Shown: positions 49,244-52,490 of the stretch, in pieces
How the letters are laid out: each line of letters opens with the position of its first letter
How positions within the stretch are numbered: the stretch's first letter is position 1
IMG/VR virus record: IMGVR_UViG_3300021091_000107
Coordinates: 1-52,490 of that record
Strand: one strand, 5' to 3'
Source of the DNA: a virus
Taxonomy: Duplodnaviria; Caudoviricetes
Length of the DNA: 52,490 nt
Notes under the pieces: model-generated
The model's input: only the letters and a program-made list of their open reading frames with translations
What the model was told of the DNA's origin: nothing
Database searches by the model: none
Translations under genes and position numbers: made by a program

Positions 49244-50056
49244 ATGTCAGCATCAAAGCCAGCAACCAGAGAGGAGTTAAAGCAATACAGCCTCCGAGAG
49301 TTGGGCGCACCAATATTAGAAATCAACGTCGATAATCAACAACTTGAAGATCGTATTGATGAGGCACTGCAGTTTTTCCAAGAACGTCACTTCGACGGTA
49401 TGGAGAAACTGCATTTAAAACATGTATTAACATCTTCAGATATTACTCGTTTTAAATCAAACAACATCACACACACTGCTTCTAATAATGATGTGTGGAC
49501 AGAGAGAGGAAATTTTATTGAACTTCCAGACCATATTATTGGGGTGGAAAGAATCTTTGGTGTGACTTCAAGTAGTATTCGTGGTGACTTGTTTGGTATC
49601 GAATATCAAATTTTCTTAAATGATTTATATGCTTTTGGTTCTATTGATATTTTAAATTACTACATGGTCAAGTCATATATTGAAACTCTTGATATGGTTC
49701 TCAATACAGGTTCATTGATTCAATTTAGATTTACTAAAAGGAATGGTAAATTGTATATTGATTATGATCCAGCAATGTTAACCAAAGATAAAATTCTTAT
49801 CATTGAATGTTATAGAGCTTTAGACCCAACAAACCTCGCAAAGATATGGAATGACTTTTGGTTGAAGAGGTATACGACTGCTCTCTTCAAACGTCAGTGG
49901 GGTCAGAACCTTATCAAGTTCAATAACGTTCAGTTACCTGGCGGTGTGGCACTTAATGGTCGTCAGATCTACGAAGATGCTATTGCAGAGATCAGAGACA
50001 TTGAAGATAAAATGTTAACTGATTACGAACTACCACCACTTGACGCAATCGGATAA
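49244..50056 (+). CDS. gp13: Neck protein
   Basis: ELKQYSLRELGAPILEINV...QLEDRIDEALQFFQERHFDG; KRQWGQNLIKF...LPGGVALNG. Confidence 0.95.
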   Translation: MSASKPATREELKQYSLRELGAPILEINVDNQQLEDRIDEALQFFQERHFDGMEKLHLKHVLTSSDITRFKSNNITHTASNNDVWTERGNFIELPDHIIGVERIFGVTSSSIRGDLFGIEYQIFLNDLYAFGSIDILNYYMVKSYIETLDMVLNTGSLIQFRFTKRNGKLYIDYDPAMLTKDKILIIECYRALDPTNLAKIWNDFWLKRYTTALFKRQWGQNLIKFNNVQLPGGVALNGRQIYEDAIAEIRDIEDKMLTDYELPPLDAIG

Positions 50057-50955
50057 TGGCAAAAAGTCAATACTTTCCCCAGTATGGTGGAAGAACATCA
50101 GAACAAACTTTAGTTCAAGATCTTGTAGACGAACAGATTAAACTGTTTGGTCAGGATGTTTACTATGTTCCAAAAACAATGTTGATTGATAAAACACTCA
50201 ACGATGTTGTTCTACAAAAATTTGAGGATAATGTATTGATTGAAATGATGTTGATTAATGTTGAAGGATTTGGTGGTGCTGGTGCAGTTGCAATGTCTAA
50301 GTTTGGTCTCAGTTTAACAGATGAGATTACATATGCAGTATCAAAAAGACGTTGGATTAACTATGTAGAAACTCAGATTGATACAGTAGTTCCAGATAGA
50401 CCAAATGAAGGTGATTTGCTTTATGTGCCGATGACTAAGAATCTTTATGAAATAAAATATGTGGAAAGAGAAGTTCCATTCTATCAGTTAGGTAAGAACT
50501 ATATCTTTTCATTAACCTGTGAACTGATGCAACATGCAGATAACTATTTTGACACAGGTAATGATGATATTGATAATCTAAATCAAGAAGGTTATGTATT
50601 CCCAGTTATAGTGAAGGTTGGTGGAACTGGAACATTTGCACTTGGCGAAGAAGTCAGGCAAACGTATACAGTTGACGGTTCTCCAGTTACAACAAAAGCA
50701 ACTGTATCTGAGTGGGTTCCTTCTACACGTAAACTTCGTTTAACATATATAAATGGAGTATTAAAACCAAACATTGCTTTGGTAGGACAAAATAGTGCTG
50801 CCTCGTGGATTGTAGATACATTCTCCACGATTGATATTGATATTGATGATTATAATAATGATCAAAACAAAATCATGGAAACAAAAGCAGATGCTATTCT
50901 TGACTTCACAGAAGGCAATCCATTTGGTGAGTATGGAGATATGGGAGTATTCTAA
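50056..50955 (+). CDS. gp14: Neck protein / head closure
   Basis: EQTLVQDLVDEQIKLFGQDVYYVP, SKFG, RPNEGDLLY.P...LYEIKYVE...FYQLGK, DFTEGNPFG. Confidence 0.95.
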   Translation: MAKSQYFPQYGGRTSEQTLVQDLVDEQIKLFGQDVYYVPKTMLIDKTLNDVVLQKFEDNVLIEMMLINVEGFGGAGAVAMSKFGLSLTDEITYAVSKRRWINYVETQIDTVVPDRPNEGDLLYVPMTKNLYEIKYVEREVPFYQLGKNYIFSLTCELMQHADNYFDTGNDDIDNLNQEGYVFPVIVKVGGTGTFALGEEVRQTYTVDGSPVTTKATVSEWVPSTRKLRLTYINGVLKPNIALVGQNSAASWIVDTFSTIDIDIDDYNNDQNKIMETKADAILDFTEGNPFGEYGDMGVF

Positions 50956-51752
50956 TGTTAGGCAATCACTTTTATCACGAGATTATTAAAAAAAATGTAA
51001 AGGCATTTGGAACAATTTTTAACAATGTTCAGATTGAAAAAAAAGATCCCGAAACTGGTGCGGTCATTCGTCAAGAAAAGGTAGCACTAGCATATGGTCC
51101 TAAGAGTAAGTTCCTTGCTCGCTTAGATCAAGATCCAAGCACTGAACGTAAAGTCAGCATTACAATGCCTCGTATCTCTTTTGAGATGACTGGTATTACT
51201 TACGATTCTTCTAGGAAGACTTCTCCCATTCAAAAGTATTTGAAAAAAGATAATGCTGATGCAGTAAGTGTTCAGTATATGCCTGTTCCTTACAATCTTG
51301 AATTTGAACTTGGAATTTTATCTAGAAATCAAGATGATGCTCTACAGATTCTTGAGCAAATTTTACCATACTTCCAACCATCTTTTAATGTAACTATTAA
51401 TCTTATTCCAGAAATGGATGAGAAAAAAGATTTACCAATTATCTTAAACAATATAAATTATGAAGATGATTATGAAGATGATATGATGCGTAGAAGAGCT
51501 ATTATCTATACATTATCATTTACATTAAAAACTTATATGTATGGTCCCGTGACAGATGCCCAAATCATTCGTAAAGCAACAGTATTTGAAACTCTTGGAG
51601 ACTTCCAACAGCATAGAAGATCTGTTAGATATGATGTTACTCCAAAAGCACTCACGGATCAAGATGGTGATAATGATGTTGACACAGCAGATGATGCACT
51701 GTTAATGCCAGACGATGACTTTGGATTCAATGAAGGTATCACACTACTATGA
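50955..51752 (+). CDS. gp15: Tail sheath stabiliser / tail terminator
   Basis: HFYHEII...FGTIFNN, YGPKSKFL, MPRISFEM, PVPYNL.FEL, QILEQILPYFQP, YMYGP. Confidence 0.95.
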   Translation: MLGNHFYHEIIKKNVKAFGTIFNNVQIEKKDPETGAVIRQEKVALAYGPKSKFLARLDQDPSTERKVSITMPRISFEMTGITYDSSRKTSPIQKYLKKDNADAVSVQYMPVPYNLEFELGILSRNQDDALQILEQILPYFQPSFNVTINLIPEMDEKKDLPIILNNINYEDDYEDDMMRRRAIIYTLSFTLKTYMYGPVTDAQIIRKATVFETLGDFQQHRRSVRYDVTPKALTDQDGDNDVDTADDALLMPDDDFGFNEGITLL

Positions 51753-52162
51753 ACGAGTTTGAAAAGAACATGGAAGAAATCTTCGATATTGATATTGCAC
51801 CCTTAGAAAAAACTACGGAAATGATTACACGAGCAAATAGTGAAGTATCTGTTGATGCTAATAAAGATTATGAATATACCAGAGGTCAATTATACACTCT
51901 CATATCACAGGGTCAAGAGGCGGTACAAGGCGCCTTAGAGGTTGCTCAGGAGAGCGGACACCCCAGAGCGTATGAAGTCGCTGTGAACGCTATGAAACAG
52001 GTCTCAGACATGACCGACAAGCTCATAGACCTTCAGCATAAAATGAAAAATCTCGGCAAGGAAGATAAGAAGTCATCTCCAACTACCGTCAATAATACAA
52101 TGTTTATCGGCACAACGGCAGACCTCCAAAAGATGATTAAAGATGCTGCAAAGAATAAATAG
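51749..52162 (+). CDS. gp16: Terminase small subunit
   Basis: DYEYTRGQL, A.ESGHPRAYEV, NNTMFIGTTADLQKM. Confidence 0.93.
   Translation: MNEFEKNMEEIFDIDIAPLEKTTEMITRANSEVSVDANKDYEYTRGQLYTLISQGQEAVQGALEVAQESGHPRAYEVAVNAMKQVSDMTDKLIDLQHKMKNLGKEDKKSSPTTVNNTMFIGTTADLQKMIKDAAKNK
52154..52161 (+). promoter_or_regulatory. Late promoter variant
   Basis: AATAAATA overlapping the end of gp16, about 22 nt before ATG 52183. Confidence 0.5.
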
Positions 52163-52182
52163 AAAATAAACGGTAAGTAATT

Positions 52183-52458
52183 ATGAGATTAAAAATTTTA
52201 GGAACGGAAGTAGCACTCCCAACTACATCAGGTGGAGCAACCACTGTTGGTGAAGCAGTAGAAGTTCGTTTAATACACGATGCTCAAAGTAACACGACCC
52301 ATCTAGTAACAATTACCGACGGAGCAGCATCGCCAGCAACAGTAGCAAGTTTTAGTATAGCTCCTGGTCAATCATTAGTTATCAGAAAATTGCCTACTCA
52401 AAAAATCTATGCTGCAAACAATGACATAAGAGCAGTGGCAGTTTCATATCAATCATGA
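52183..52458 (+). CDS. Hypothetical protein, 91 aa
   Basis: ORF track; beta-rich small protein after gp16. Confidence 0.75.
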   Translation: MRLKILGTEVALPTTSGGATTVGEAVEVRLIHDAQSNTTHLVTITDGAASPATVASFSIAPGQSLVIRKLPTQKIYAANNDIRAVAVSYQS

Positions 52459-52490
52459 AAACATTTGCCGAGTTACGAGAGCATCTCAAC
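52455..52490 (+). CDS. 5' fragment of the next gene (MKTFAELREHLN...)
   Basis: ATG overlaps the previous stop (ATGA); frame is open to the window end. Confidence 0.55.
   Translation, partial: MKTFAELREHLN

Noticed and set aside
4666-50828. Numerous 60-130 aa minus-strand and alternate-frame ORFs inside large structural genes
   Set aside because: Expected by chance from codon bias (antisense frames of Gly/Thr/Ser-rich genes); no SD, promoter or motif support
1-52490. tRNA or rRNA genes
   Set aside because: Intergenic gaps are short and none shows a cloverleaf with a T-loop (GTTCRA) and acceptor stem

Overview
This window is the virion-morphogenesis region of a T4-like myophage, most likely a cyanophage (Kyanoviridae-like gene order). 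All supportable genes are on the + strand. It opens with the end of a GC-rich block of small early-type genes (HicA-like ORF, structured intergenic junction, sigma70-type promoter). Next come small ORFs, a PAAR spike tip, baseplate gp25, gp6, a giant gp7-like protein and gp8, a VrlC/DUF4815-like structural protein, two very large fibre proteins and three tandem LamG/ConA-like lectins. A late-promoter-driven cassette follows: fibre/beta-propeller protein, two unknowns, three 2OG-Fe(II) oxygenases and a U32-type Fe-S protein fused to a SAM methyltransferase. The window ends with neck gp13/gp14, gp15 and small terminase gp16. Two observations stand out. (1) Two tandem helical repeats inside the 2769-aa tail fibre resemble phycobiliprotein subunits, with Cys at both the Cys84-like (KCxRD...GG) and Cys155-like positions, suggesting a possibly bilin-binding, light-responsive virion fibre. 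(2) The hydroxylase/methyltransferase cassette appears co-transcribed with a fibre gene, suggesting a virion-modification pathway. Family assignments come from motif recognition by eye; no database searches were run.
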